Below are positions 27,872 through 38,505 of a stretch of DNA of 60,386 bases, one piece after another. The position numbers and the translations under genes are program-made. The notes below the pieces were generated by a model that was not told where the DNA came from, did no database searches, and worked only from the letters and a program-made list of their open reading frames with translations. This DNA is from a virus. Lineage: Duplodnaviria; Caudoviricetes. The DNA lies in the IMG/VR virus record IMGVR_UViG_3300032053_000078, positions 1-60,386 of that record; one strand, given 5' to 3'. Each line of letters begins with the position of its first letter. Positions within the stretch are counted from its first letter, which is position 1.

Positions 27872-28915
27872 TCAAATCGGGGCCGGTGTCGTCCTCGGGA
27901 ACGACGCCACATTTCGTCGTGGCACACGCGGCCTCCCGACAGCTTCGAGGATCGCAGCGACCGCAGCGGCCGCCGGGTCCGCCACCGCTGGGAACACCCG
28001 CGCCAAACGCTCCTCCGCCCCGGGCCACGGGACCGTCGCCAACGCTGCACCGACCGCCGCGGACAGCCCGGCCGGTTCGATGATCCGCGGGCCGACATCG
28101 GCAGCGTCCCAAAAGCGGAGACCGTGCTCGATCTCAGGTCGGCACGCAGGCCAGTCCAACACAACGACCGGGCCACGAACCGCTGCGAACTCGAACAGGG
28201 TCGAGCTGTTGTCGCAGCAGTAAACGTGCGCCCGGGCCAGAACCTCGTCGAACTCGCGGACCGGTTCGATGCCCATGTCGGTGTACGCCGCTTTCAGATC
28301 CGACCACGCCCGAGGGTGGCCGTGCCCCAAGATTTCATACCGGCCCGACGCCGCCAACTTCGCGAGCGCCGCAACCCAATGCGACCATCCCGTCCCCGAC
28401 TCCGGTGCCAGCATCACAGGCCAATGGAACCCGAACGCCACCACAGGCCGCTCAGATGCCGCAGGAGCCGCCGGGATCGTCTGGAGGTGAGCTAGACGCG
28501 GGGAGCCGATAACGACGGTGAGAGCGTCAGGGTACGTCTCCCGGTTCGGTCCCGCCGCGTACCCGTTCGGACACAGGAACGCCAGAACCCCGTGACGGCC
28601 GTCCCCACCCGCGTACGCCGGGTTCCCCGCAGCAGCACGGTTGTCCGGGTCCCCCCGGTACGACTGGCCGCACCCGTGCTCCATGAGGATCGCGTGACCG
28701 CCGACGCGTCGCAGGTCGTCGAACCCTGCGACGAGCACAGCGTTGTCGGTCTGCGGGAGGTTCTCGATCGGCAACGACCCCGGCAGCGACGCCCGGATCG
28801 GAGCCGCCAGAAACGAGTCACCCCGGATTTCAGTCGGCAACGCCCGCCACACCGGCAGCAGATGGGCCAGATAATGCGGGTGCGATGCCGCCAGATCAAC
28901 TCTCAGAGTGCCCAC
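27872..28915 (-). CDS. GT-B glycosyl/glycerophospho-transferase (TagF/capsule-polymerase-like)
   Basis: HYLAHL.PVW, MEHG.GQSY, HPR and DNSSTLFEFA motifs. Confidence 0.7.
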   Translation of the reverse strand: MGTLRVDLAASHPHYLAHLLPVWRALPTEIRGDSFLAAPIRASLPGSLPIENLPQTDNAVLVAGFDDLRRVGGHAILMEHGCGQSYRGDPDNRAAAGNPAYAGGDGRHGVLAFLCPNGYAAGPNRETYPDALTVVIGSPRLAHLQTIPAAPAASERPVVAFGFHWPVMLAPESGTGWSHWVAALAKLAASGRYEILGHGHPRAWSDLKAAYTDMGIEPVREFDEVLARAHVYCCDNSSTLFEFAAVRGPVVVLDWPACRPEIEHGLRFWDAADVGPRIIEPAGLSAAVGAALATVPWPGAEERLARVFPAVADPAAAAVAAILEAVGRPRVPRRNVASFPRTTPAPI

Positions 28916-29886
28916 TTGTCCCGAAGATAGGTCACCAGCTTGTCGCGGTTCGCCTCAGTCGCGTTCGCCCCTGTGACGATCACGACCTCAGCCATCTCAC
29001 CGGTCCACATTCCGACCGGGGTACCAGCGTTGTTCGCCCCCGCCCCGATGTAGAGGAAGTTCTTGGCAACCGCCGACACTGTCACTGCACCGGGGTTGTT
29101 GTTCGACCCCTTCGTTCCATTGTCCAACTGAAGCGTTGCACGCGACAACTTCACAGCGTTACCCGGGTCGGCGACCACCGACGACACATGCCACGAGTTG
29201 TCCATCACCGGGGGACCGGCACTGTTGATACGGATAGGCCCATCAGGCCAGTCGCCGCCGCCCTGCACCACATAGGACAAGTTCCCACTGCCACGGTTCA
29301 GGAGCAACGCCCCGTTCTGCCCGACGTTCTGGTCGATGTTGCCCATCAGATAGTTGTTGCCGGTCATCTTGGCGGCCATGCAGATGATGTATTTCGTTGT
29401 GCCGTCGTGGAGGAACGTCCACGCCCCCGCCGCTGAGCAATAGCAGTTCGTCACATGAGAGAACACGTTGTGGCCGTTGCGGGTCGACAACAGATACGTC
29501 GGCCGTTCACCGCCCGACGCCACAAAGTTCCGGGCGTTCAACGACTTGTCCGCCCACCCGACAACAAAGTTCCCGGGCTGAGCCAACGTCACCGTCGAAG
29601 CGTCAGCCGCGTCCAACCACAACAACGGGGCCAACGACCGCGGGGTGAACAACCCCCCAGCAGCGACGCCGACCCCGGGAGCTTTGATCGAACCGCCACG
29701 CGGTCGACCCGACAACGCCGCCCGAGCAGCGGCCGCCTTCGCCGCAGCCGCCTGCTTCGCAGCTCTCGCCGCCGCAGCAGCCGCAGCCGCGTCAGCCTTC
29801 TTCTGCGCCTTCGTCCTGACAGTAGGAGTCGGGGACTTCGTCGGCGCTTTGACCGGTGTTTGACCCGGGACTAAGCGGTCGGCCAT
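28903..29886 (-). CDS. virion protein with LamG/ConA-like domain and Lys/Ala-rich N-terminus
   Basis: LWLDAADASTVT...V.GW.DKS.N.R, LYIGA, GEMAEVVI...YLRDKW. Confidence 0.7.
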   Translation of the reverse strand: MADRLVPGQTPVKAPTKSPTPTVRTKAQKKADAAAAAAAARAAKQAAAAKAAAARAALSGRPRGGSIKAPGVGVAAGGLFTPRSLAPLLWLDAADASTVTLAQPGNFVVGWADKSLNARNFVASGGERPTYLLSTRNGHNVFSHVTNCYCSAAGAWTFLHDGTTKYIICMAAKMTGNNYLMGNIDQNVGQNGALLLNRGSGNLSYVVQGGGDWPDGPIRINSAGPPVMDNSWHVSSVVADPGNAVKLSRATLQLDNGTKGSNNNPGAVTVSAVAKNFLYIGAGANNAGTPVGMWTGEMAEVVIVTGANATEANRDKLVTYLRDKWAL

Positions 29887-31058
29887 GTGAACGCATCCGC
29901 GATCGACGCCTTGATGTAGAAGTGGCAGCACCCATCCCACGTCGCCGACATCGTCGCCTCAGCGATCAACTCGACCGTGTTCGTCGACCGGTCGATCGAC
30001 GCCCCGTTGTTCGGGTCGATCACTTGGATTTCACCAACCCGCACGTCAATCATCGACGTCGCGTACGCGTACTCGATGCCGTCAGCGACAACCGAGCCAC
30101 CCGCCGTAGCCGTCAACGTCAACGCGCCACCAGTGATGAGCGTCGAATCCTTCGACACCGTCACCACCTGACGGGCGAACCGCCCGCCCCAAGTGCAAAC
30201 CACCGGGGCAGCACCCAAGATCCCACCAGTGCAAACCACATCACCGACATCGACGATCGTCAACGCCTCCAACGCCGTCTGAACGGTCGCCGCCGAAGCG
30301 TTCCACACGATCGGCGCTGTCGTTTCCAGATCACCCGAGATCGGATCGGTCACCGTTATCGTGAACGACCCGCCCGTCCCAGCCTCAGTCAACGTCGTCG
30401 TAGCGTTCACCGCGGGGGCACCACCGTTGTACCCGGAACCGGCGATCACATAGTTACCGAACCCGTCGCGCAGGTTCCCGTCGCCGTCCTCGAACACCGC
30501 GTAACCCATCTGCCACATCGACACCAACGCCGGGGACGCGTGGATCACACCCGACGTGTCGCCAAGGCACGCCCTCAGCTTCTTCTGGAGGACCGCCAAC
30601 GCACCCGGCCACGGGTACGCGTTCGCCAACGTCGAAGCGTTCACCGCCAACGGGGACGTCAGATACAGGTTCGACCATGCGTTCTGGAGGTTGATGTCGC
30701 CCGACCACAACTCCTGCTCCAACTCCTGCCCGCCCGCCTTCTTCAACGCGTCGAGCGCCGCCGCCTCATACTCGCCGAGGTCGCCGCCAGTACCAAACGT
30801 CGAACACCGAAACGGTGCGTACACCGTGATCGGAACAGCGGTCACCGTCGACGACCCGGTGCCATGCTCCTTCAACTCACCAGAGCACGGCCCCCACCGG
30901 AACGCAGACAGACACGACCCCCACGTCGGGAAGTGATACCCCAACTCCCAATGCTCGTCGGGGGTGTCGATCGGGTCGAACGTGGAAAGCAACGTCCCGA
31001 TCGGCGGAAGGAAGTCCGTCGGTTGCGAGACTTCGAGAGTCGGGAACGGGTTAGCCAT
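29871..31058 (-). CDS. major capsid pentamer-type protein with inserted beta-rich domain
   Basis: WELG...C...C...K, PITVYAPFRCS, GVIHASP and GNYVIAGSGY motifs; directly follows the hexamer capsid gene. Confidence 0.7.
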   Translation of the reverse strand: MANPFPTLEVSQPTDFLPPIGTLLSTFDPIDTPDEHWELGYHFPTWGSCLSAFRWGPCSGELKEHGTGSSTVTAVPITVYAPFRCSTFGTGGDLGEYEAAALDALKKAGGQELEQELWSGDINLQNAWSNLYLTSPLAVNASTLANAYPWPGALAVLQKKLRACLGDTSGVIHASPALVSMWQMGYAVFEDGDGNLRDGFGNYVIAGSGYNGGAPAVNATTTLTEAGTGGSFTITVTDPISGDLETTAPIVWNASAATVQTALEALTIVDVGDVVCTGGILGAAPVVCTWGGRFARQVVTVSKDSTLITGGALTLTATAGGSVVADGIEYAYATSMIDVRVGEIQVIDPNNGASIDRSTNTVELIAEATMSATWDGCCHFYIKASIADAFTWPTA

Positions 31059-31135
31059 GCGGGCGATCGTACTCCCCCCGCCCGCCCGACTGGTTGACCG
31101 TCGCACCGGATTTCAACCGAACCCCAAACGCGGAA

Positions 31136-31159
31136 GAACCCGGCCCGAAGGCCGGGTTC
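31136..31159 (-). terminator. hairpin terminator after major capsid gene
   Basis: 10-bp perfect stem GAACCCGGCC/GGCCGGGTTC with cUUCGg loop. Confidence 0.75.
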
Positions 31160-31196
31160 CCCCACAACGTCACCCCCCGAAACTGGGAGGGTCAGA

Positions 31197-33155
31197 TTAG
31201 GAAGCGCACACCAGAGCGGTGATCGGTGCCGGACCCGAACCGTCAGGGCAGAGGGTCAGATCAAGTCGGACCGACTCGACGCCAACCTTGCAGACCTGCA
31301 CCCACTCCTCGGAGAACATCTGGAGATCGTTCTGCGAGTTGAGAGTCGAGTCACGCACGATGCCGACGTCGAGGGTTCCGCCGTCGAGACGAATCCAAGT
31401 ACCGGGGGCGTACATGTACGCACGGTAGACCGTCGGCCACGGGTTCAGACCACCAGCAGCCTGAGCTGCCTGCTGGGCGTTCGTCGAACCGTAGGTCGTG
31501 GCGTAATCGAAGTACCACGTCACGTTCAGGTTCATCGCTGCCATCATCTCGTTGCCGACCGTGAACGGGTTGGCGTTCAGGAAGCCGAGACCCATGTGGA
31601 GGTCGTTGACCATGTCCGCCTTCACGAACGAAGCCATCGTGTCGGGAAGCAGCACGTCAACGACGCTGTCGACCGGCATGTGGTTCCGCTTGCGGTAAGC
31701 GTGCGCAGCCTGCGACAGAGCGAACACCGTGCCACGAGCAGCGCCGTACGGCGGGGTGGTGGTCACAGCAGTCGAGCCGGTCTGGATGGCGTCGAGGTAG
31801 CTGATCTCCTTCGTCTGCGCCGCCGAGATCGCGAGGTGATCCAAGAACACCTCGATCTGCTCGGGGAACGTGCGGTACTGAAGGTTCCCGAACGTCGCGC
31901 ACGCCGACACCGCATCGACCTGACACTCAACGATCGCTGAGCACGTCAGGTGGACACAGGGCTTCGGAGCGGTCGTCCCGGCCGGGGTCTGGTTCGTGTA
32001 CCCGGCGAGGTCCTGAGTGTTCGTTGTGACGCGAACGCCAGTCGAAGCCTCAGTCCATGCCGGAGGTGTGATGTACCGGACACCACCACGAGGGGCACCG
32101 ACAGTGGGCAGAGCACCCTCGATCGGCGACTGGGCCTCGGCGACGTTGAACACGTCGTAGTTCGGGGTGAGCGGAGCGCAGTTGCCACCCGATGCGACAA
32201 GGGCTTCGCCCTGCTGTGTCGCACGCTGGATGATCGACAGGTTCTCCTCGTGACCCGAACCGAGCACCTCGTCGGCGCTGAAGTTCGCCCTCGCCGAAGC
32301 GAGGATGATCGGCTCGTACGCCGTCGTGTTCGACAGACGAGAGAGCTGGCTGTGCTTCTGTGAGATCAGCTCGGCCAGCCTGCGCCGGTCGATCTGCTCC
32401 CCCTTGGAAGTTGCAGACACGATGCCCGAGTCAGCGAACGTCGCGAGCGCACGGCGTGGGCCGGACTCCCGTCGTGCTGGCGCAAAGGCACTGGGCCGTG
32501 CGGTGGAAAGGGCGGCAACCGGATCGGCCACGGCCTCGGGTGAACTGATTTCGTCGGCCACAGCCGCCTCCTCGTGTGTGTCGTCGGCCGTGGGCACGGC
32601 CTCTGGATCTGACGGAACACGGCCCTTTGCGGGGTCGTGGGGGATTGCCAACTCGACGGCACCGTCGGCCGCGAGTTCGGACGCCTCGACAGCGTCCCCT
32701 TCAACTTCCTCAACTGCGGTTTCCTCAGTTGCAACTTCCGCAACCGCCTCAGCCACAACCTCAGCCTCGACCTCAACCTCAGCCACAACCTCAGCCTCAG
32801 CCTCATCTGACAGCGTTACCGTGCCCTCGGGATCGGCGGCCATGAGGATTTCAGCCTCACCACCTTCGGTCTCCGGTGACTCGACAGCCTCCTCGTTGGC
32901 GATTGCGCCACCGATCTTGTCCAGCGCCGACTGGGCACGCTCTTGGCGGCCCATCGTCGCTTCCTCACGCAACGCCATCTCATCAACGACACTCTGGTAC
33001 TGAGTCGCGAGAGTCTCCAATGATGCAAGAGCGGCGTCGTCTGTCGCAGCCGTCTCACGCAACGCTTCGGCTGCCGTCTGGATGTTGGCAGCGAGGGCGT
33101 TGAGGTCATCATCAGAAAGCGGAGTGAGGTCCTCGGGGATCGTGATGTCGCTCAT
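31197..33155 (-). CDS. major capsid (hexamer-type) protein with long acidic N-terminal scaffold region
   Basis: GGGAGG RBS; ALVASGGNCAP...YD, LPTVGAPRGGVRY and LDVGIVRDSTLNSQND...FSE motifs. Confidence 0.88.
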   Translation of the reverse strand: MSDITIPEDLTPLSDDDLNALAANIQTAAEALRETAATDDAALASLETLATQYQSVVDEMALREEATMGRQERAQSALDKIGGAIANEEAVESPETEGGEAEILMAADPEGTVTLSDEAEAEVVAEVEVEAEVVAEAVAEVATEETAVEEVEGDAVEASELAADGAVELAIPHDPAKGRVPSDPEAVPTADDTHEEAAVADEISSPEAVADPVAALSTARPSAFAPARRESGPRRALATFADSGIVSATSKGEQIDRRRLAELISQKHSQLSRLSNTTAYEPIILASARANFSADEVLGSGHEENLSIIQRATQQGEALVASGGNCAPLTPNYDVFNVAEAQSPIEGALPTVGAPRGGVRYITPPAWTEASTGVRVTTNTQDLAGYTNQTPAGTTAPKPCVHLTCSAIVECQVDAVSACATFGNLQYRTFPEQIEVFLDHLAISAAQTKEISYLDAIQTGSTAVTTTPPYGAARGTVFALSQAAHAYRKRNHMPVDSVVDVLLPDTMASFVKADMVNDLHMGLGFLNANPFTVGNEMMAAMNLNVTWYFDYATTYGSTNAQQAAQAAGGLNPWPTVYRAYMYAPGTWIRLDGGTLDVGIVRDSTLNSQNDLQMFSEEWVQVCKVGVESVRLDLTLCPDGSGPAPITALVCAS

Positions 33156-33292
33156 ATGCTTCCTCCCAATCATGGTTCTCGTAGGTACTGGTACTGCGGA
33201 ACCAAGCTGGGCTTGAGACCGTTAGCCCCGCTGGGCGGGACCTTGGGCCGAAGTTTCGCGCACTGTACGACCAGATCGAGGGACCCTCGCTG

Positions 33293-33766
33293 CTACTTCA
33301 ATGGGATACCTGTCGATGGGTGCTGCGCCGATGACAGTTCCGCCTCGATTTCAGCGAGCGTCTGAGGGTCAATCGGGGCGACCAACGGGTCGCCCGCCGC
33401 TTGCGCCCGCTCGAACTGTTCGGCCATCGAGTTGCCCGACGGTGCAGCAGGCGGGCGCGACAGATCGGCCTCAACCAACGGTGCCGCGGTCGAAATGATC
33501 GGGCCGATCCCGGGGTACTCACCCAAAGCCTCAACCGGGACAGGTTCAGCGGTCGCCGCCGCCTGCATCAACGGTGACACCGCCGACGGAACGACCGGAA
33601 TCGGGGCCGCCGCCGCTTTCACATCCGCGTACATCTGGATCGCGTCGCCGCCGGTCAACCGGGAGAACGCCCAACACGCTCCCTCGATCGTGTTCTGCTG
33701 GGCGTCACCGTGAGTGGCGTAGAGATCGGCGAGTATCGCGAGTTCGTCCGTCAAGTCGAAGTGCAT
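33293..33766 (-). CDS. hypothetical protein
   Basis: 157-aa ORF; TAACCT 6 nt before the ATG. Confidence 0.6.
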   Translation of the reverse strand: MHFDLTDELAILADLYATHGDAQQNTIEGACWAFSRLTGGDAIQMYADVKAAAAPIPVVPSAVSPLMQAAATAEPVPVEALGEYPGIGPIISTAAPLVEADLSRPPAAPSGNSMAEQFERAQAAGDPLVAPIDPQTLAEIEAELSSAQHPSTGIPLK

Positions 33767-33795
33767 CGACCGAGGTTACAACTAGCCGGGTGCGC

Positions 33796-34020
33796 TCAGG
33801 CCGGGGCTTCAGTCGGAGCGGGAGGCAACGTCGCTAGTGCCGTCTCGTACAACGCCCGATCCTCCTCGGTCATCTTCTCCGGTGAACCGGCGTCCATCAT
33901 CCGCCCCAACGCTGGCATCTTCTCATCGCCGGGCATGAAGGCGAACGTGATCGAGTTGGCGATCTGCGCCATGTGGCGTGACCACGCCACCTCCGCTTGC
34001 AGCTCACTCATGTCGCTCAA
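33796..34020 (-). CDS. small acidic protein (possible immunity protein)
   Basis: 74-aa ORF immediately after the last effector gene. Confidence 0.5.
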   Translation of the reverse strand: MSDMSELQAEVAWSRHMAQIANSITFAFMPGDEKMPALGRMMDAGSPEKMTEEDRALYETALATLPPAPTEAPA

Positions 34021-34081
34021 CTGTTCACCTACTCAACTTTCATCGCGGTCGGATGGCCGCTCTCACATCATACAGGTCAAC

Positions 34082-35305
34082 TCAGATTTGCGGGCCTGAC
34101 TCGGGGGCACCGAACACCAACAAGGCAGCTTCGAGCCGCTTCGCCCGGGAGTCCAGTTCGCTTTGATCTTCGGGCCACAAGCCGCCCTCCTCCGCCGGGA
34201 TCGTCAACGCCCCACCCGCCGACGCAGCAACCGCCAACGGCTGATCCTGCACAACACGCACCCTGTTCACAACCACCTCACCAGTGCCCTCCTTCCATAC
34301 CCCGGCCTTCTTGTCGGGTCCCGACCTCGGACGTGTCTCCTGTGTCACCGACTCAACCCGGTAACTACCACCAGCGAGGTACTCCTGCGCTTGCACCTTC
34401 AACGGCGAATACAGGACATCCGACAAGCTCGACAGATTCGAGATGTTCACCGCCCGCGGGTTCACAACCTCCAAGATCACATTGTTCGTCGCCGCCTCGG
34501 ACGGCTTCCACCACTTGCCGTCAGTGCGTTGCTCCGCCACATACCCGGCGACCTTGTCCGACGCCGACCATGACCCAAGCGAATCACCGATCACCTGACC
34601 GGGCTGCGGGATTTCATCCATCGCCAACGCCCGGTACAACGTGGCGTCAACCGGTTCCGCCGCGGCGACGAGGTCCAACAACGCCCGAGCGTCGATCTCG
34701 ATGCTGGCCTCCGGTCGACCGGGATCTCCATGAGGGGAAACGAAGCCGCCTCCCCCGAGTATCACGTCGGCAGCGTTACGAACCGGAGCCGAATGGGACT
34801 GCCAGTGCCCAACAGCGTCCGCCACATGTCGCATCTCCGGGTTGGCGTTGCCGACACCCCGGGTGAACGCAACCAACCGATCCTGTGTCGCCTTGTCCAT
34901 CTTGGAATCAGGCGACGGACTCGGAAACGAGTTCAGCGCGGCAGCCAACTCCGAGACCGTCGTCGGGATCTTCGGCATCTCGACCGCCGGAGATTTCGAT
35001 GCCCTCTCCGCCTTCTCCGCGTCAGTCAACTTGTGTGGCCCCGACCCCGGGCCACCAAACTCTCGGCCGAGCAAAGCCGCCAACCGAGCGACTGGTGAGA
35101 CCACTTCAACAGCCGCCGCCTCCGCAGCCAACACCTCGCTCATCCGCCTGACCGCTGCCGCCGTCGCGTCAGGTTCACCGAACTGACGGTCAAGGACAGC
35201 CACTTCTTCGTCGGTCAACCCCCACGGGATTTCATCAGGGAACACCACCGACCCAAAGGTCGGGTCGCCGTTCTCATCGACTGAAACAATGGGTGGTGTT
35301 GTCAT
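34082..35305 (-). CDS. FGGPGSGP-tagged protein with R-S-E-type ADP-ribosyltransferase-like domain
   Basis: tag at 35033-35059; TLYRA...GSWSAS.KVA...QEYLAGGSYRVESV. Confidence 0.65.
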   Translation of the reverse strand: MTTPPIVSVDENGDPTFGSVVFPDEIPWGLTDEEVAVLDRQFGEPDATAAAVRRMSEVLAAEAAAVEVVSPVARLAALLGREFGGPGSGPHKLTDAEKAERASKSPAVEMPKIPTTVSELAAALNSFPSPSPDSKMDKATQDRLVAFTRGVGNANPEMRHVADAVGHWQSHSAPVRNAADVILGGGGFVSPHGDPGRPEASIEIDARALLDLVAAAEPVDATLYRALAMDEIPQPGQVIGDSLGSWSASDKVAGYVAEQRTDGKWWKPSEAATNNVILEVVNPRAVNISNLSSLSDVLYSPLKVQAQEYLAGGSYRVESVTQETRPRSGPDKKAGVWKEGTGEVVVNRVRVVQDQPLAVAASAGGALTIPAEEGGLWPEDQSELDSRAKRLEAALLVFGAPESGPQI

Positions 35306-38300
35306 GTCACCAACCCCTCGAACTCTGCGAGTAGCGGATGAAGCGAGGGAGGGAAGCTCTCCCGATCGTACTGAGGGTGTGTGACAGCGGAGAACGTCTC
35401 AGCGAACGCTTCCGAGCGTTGCGTGGCCTGACTCATCCCCGCCGATACCTGTCCCGCCGCGTATGCGCTGACCGCAGCGAACTCGGCGGAGCGCAGATTG
35501 ACGATCATCATACGGATTCGCTCGTGAACCTCGGGTTCCTTCGCTTCCAACTGGGTGTCGACGTGATGTCCGAACTCGTGACGGAAGTTGGCGGACATCG
35601 CTCCGTTCCCCACGAGGTTACGCCCGAACGCCGGGGTTCTCTCATCGAGGTACATCTGGTTGGCGATCTGCTTGTCCGACACGTTGATGCCGATGGTGTC
35701 CATCCTCCCCACATAGATTGCTCCCGCCAAGGCGTCCGAAAGGCTCCCGAGGGGGACAATCGCGCCGACAGGACCGAACCGTTCCACCGCCGCTTGCATC
35801 TTTGGTTCCTTCGCCACCTCGTCGAGCATCCCCGATATTCGAGCGGCCCCACCCGGAGATATTTCCCCCCCAAACCGGTTCAACGCTTTCGTGAACGTGC
35901 GGGTCGCTGCGACCTTCGCCGCTCGAACCTCTCTCGGGTTGTCAGAAAGGAACTTTCTCCCAACGAAGTTTTCGTTCCCCGACCCGTGCCACGAATGAAC
36001 CTCCGGCGGGACTCCTCGCCGTCCTCCCTCCGGGTTGTCTTTCACCCACTTGTCAGCCCGGGCCTTCTCCTCGGCCGCTTTCGCTGGCAACGCCTGAGAC
36101 GCCTGCTGCGCTGCCTGCTTCACAGTAACAACACCCTTCGGGCAGAACATCTTGCCGGTGCCTTTCGCCCGCTCGATCTTGTTACGGGCAATGCTTTCCC
36201 GCCGGGCGGCCTTCTGTTCCTCAGTCCGCGGTCCCTGCGGACCTGATCCTTCACCCCCAAACATTTCAACGCTCAGAGTGGTCGTGAACTCACCGTGCCC
36301 CTGCGGGGGCAACCCCATGTTCTCGGTGTACGACTTCGCCGCGTTCAACGCGTCGACGATGCTCATGTCCAACACGTTCACCGGGAGCGTCAGATCCTTC
36401 CCGGTCTCGAACTTCGCTCCGACCGTTGCCGCCCACCGGTGGTGCCCGTCGAGGATGTACCCGTCGCGTGTCGCGAAGATCGTTCGACCCGTCGACGGAT
36501 CGAACTTCCCAGCCTCGATCTTGTTCGCCATCTTCGCGACCTTCGCCCCGTCCAACTCACGTTGCGACGCCCGCAGATGCGACGCCAACACATCCTTCGT
36601 TTCGACCTTGATGCCCTGATCCCTCAACGACTTCACGAAGTCCTCACCCAACCGCACATACCCCTGAGCGTCCTTCTCCATGCTGTCAGCGGGCGACCCC
36701 GGGATCGGCTTGCCCGAGAGCTGCGGCATTTCAACACGCTTCTCCACGAAAGCGTCAGCGCAGAACACGTTGGTATCAGCGACAGACACCCGGCACAGGT
36801 CAAACGACGGGGCCTCAGCCCCCTTGACCTTTGCTTCGTCGACCATCTCTTTCATCCGGTCAAGCAACGTCGCGACTTCGTCCGGTTGGTTGAGCTGGAC
36901 GTACTTGCCTTCGCTCAACGCCTGCGCTGCGACGTTCACGTTCGGAGTGACGATCGGATCTTTCTCCGTTCCGGTCCCGGTGAACTTCCACATGTCGGCC
37001 TTGCCGCCACCCGACTTCTCGGCCTTGTCGGCCTTGTCGGCTTTCGGCTTGTCGGCTTTGTCGTTGGACTTGCCCTTCCCCGCACCGGCATGGGGATGGC
37101 TTTCCCCGCCTTGCGGGCCGGACCCCGGACCGCCGAACTGTGAGACCCTCAGAGCCTCCCGCAGACGTCGCACCGGCGCTGCCGTCGGGTCCGCTGTGGT
37201 GACATAGCCGTCGGCACCCAACGCCCGTCGCAACGCCATCACGGAGGCCGTCGTCGGGTCCGCTGCTTCCGCCTCGGCGAGCTTCGCGATTTCGTCCATC
37301 GAGTCCGGGGTACGTTTCGCCCAATCGTCGTTCGGCGGTGTGTCGATGTTGACCAACCGGCGAGATCCGACCGCTGCAACCGCCTTCGACCAAGCCGTCA
37401 CGCCCGGGGCCTGCGGGATGATCCCACTCTGGAACGGGGCACCTCCAAGGACCACCAGCTCCGACTCCGACAGGCACCCCGGACCCGTCGACGGCAACGA
37501 GAAGATCCGATCGGCCGGGACGACGTTCACAGCAACAGCCGGGTACACGCCCTCCTTCAAGACACCCCCCTTGTCGAGCGATGACTGAACAGCGAACGAC
37601 TGGGCAACCCGGAAGTCCGTCGACCACGACGACAACGGGTTCGACGTCACCTCAGCCGTCACCCCGTTCGACACAACCCCACCATCAGCGCCGCGTTCAA
37701 CCGGTGTGCCAGCCACAACCCCCGGCCGATCCTCAGTGCCGAACCCTCGGGTCAACACCAACGAATCGACACCCCTCAATGTGTCCTGTGTCTCAGCGTA
37801 CGTCGCCCGCAGATACGACTCGATCGCCGGACCAGACAACGCGATTTCATCCTTCACCTCACGGCGCTGCCAATCCGTCACCAACGCCGACGACGCGTCC
37901 GCCTTACCTCCGAACACCTCCGCCGCGACCTCCTGCATCGCCCACGCCTTCGGGTCATGGTCAGCAGACGAGAACGCCCACCGATCCACATACGCCTGAG
38001 CCATCACCTGCGCCTGAGCATCAACACCTCGCGGGTGTTCCATCTGACGTTGAGCAGCCGCCTTGTCGACAACCACAGCGTTACGTTCAGCCCATTGAGC
38101 GAACTTCGGGTCGGCAGCCATACGAGCGCCCACCGCCCTGACCGCCGCTTCCTTCATCGCCTGACGATCCGCACCCGAATACGGCACACGATCCGCCGAC
38201 CGCTCGCCAAGCGACGGGACCGCTACCCGCATCGCCCGATCAAACAACTTCGACGACTCACCCAAAGCAACCGCTATCTCCGGGGACACATGATGATCCG

Positions 38301-38505
38301 CTGTCATCAACGGAAACGACGGCACCCCAAGCGGCGATGCCTGCACCGGACCATCCGCGTGCTTCTGTGGACCCGACCCCGGACCGCCGAACACCCCGAT
38401 GGCAGCCGCGACCCGGGCCTCTCGCCGGGTACGGATTTCGTCGTAGCCTCGGACCTCCTCGGCAAGAGCGAGCAGCTCACGGGTGGGGGCCAGTAGCGAC
38501 GTCAT
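35302..38505 (-). CDS. three-module polyprotein: R-S-E ADP-ribosyltransferase, ParB/Srx-like domain, HEXXH zincin
   Basis: three tags; LTRGF...PLSSWST...ESELVVLG; LRASQ...DGYILDGHHRWAA; RHEFGHHVD...SAYA...EAFAE. Confidence 0.75.
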   Translation of the reverse strand: MTSLLAPTRELLALAEEVRGYDEIRTRREARVAAAIGVFGGPGSGPQKHADGPVQASPLGVPSFPLMTADHHVSPEIAVALGESSKLFDRAMRVAVPSLGERSADRVPYSGADRQAMKEAAVRAVGARMAADPKFAQWAERNAVVVDKAAAQRQMEHPRGVDAQAQVMAQAYVDRWAFSSADHDPKAWAMQEVAAEVFGGKADASSALVTDWQRREVKDEIALSGPAIESYLRATYAETQDTLRGVDSLVLTRGFGTEDRPGVVAGTPVERGADGGVVSNGVTAEVTSNPLSSWSTDFRVAQSFAVQSSLDKGGVLKEGVYPAVAVNVVPADRIFSLPSTGPGCLSESELVVLGGAPFQSGIIPQAPGVTAWSKAVAAVGSRRLVNIDTPPNDDWAKRTPDSMDEIAKLAEAEAADPTTASVMALRRALGADGYVTTADPTAAPVRRLREALRVSQFGGPGSGPQGGESHPHAGAGKGKSNDKADKPKADKADKAEKSGGGKADMWKFTGTGTEKDPIVTPNVNVAAQALSEGKYVQLNQPDEVATLLDRMKEMVDEAKVKGAEAPSFDLCRVSVADTNVFCADAFVEKRVEMPQLSGKPIPGSPADSMEKDAQGYVRLGEDFVKSLRDQGIKVETKDVLASHLRASQRELDGAKVAKMANKIEAGKFDPSTGRTIFATRDGYILDGHHRWAATVGAKFETGKDLTLPVNVLDMSIVDALNAAKSYTENMGLPPQGHGEFTTTLSVEMFGGEGSGPQGPRTEEQKAARRESIARNKIERAKGTGKMFCPKGVVTVKQAAQQASQALPAKAAEEKARADKWVKDNPEGGRRGVPPEVHSWHGSGNENFVGRKFLSDNPREVRAAKVAATRTFTKALNRFGGEISPGGAARISGMLDEVAKEPKMQAAVERFGPVGAIVPLGSLSDALAGAIYVGRMDTIGINVSDKQIANQMYLDERTPAFGRNLVGNGAMSANFRHEFGHHVDTQLEAKEPEVHERIRMMIVNLRSAEFAAVSAYAAGQVSAGMSQATQRSEAFAETFSAVTHPQYDRESFPPSLHPLLAEFEGLVT

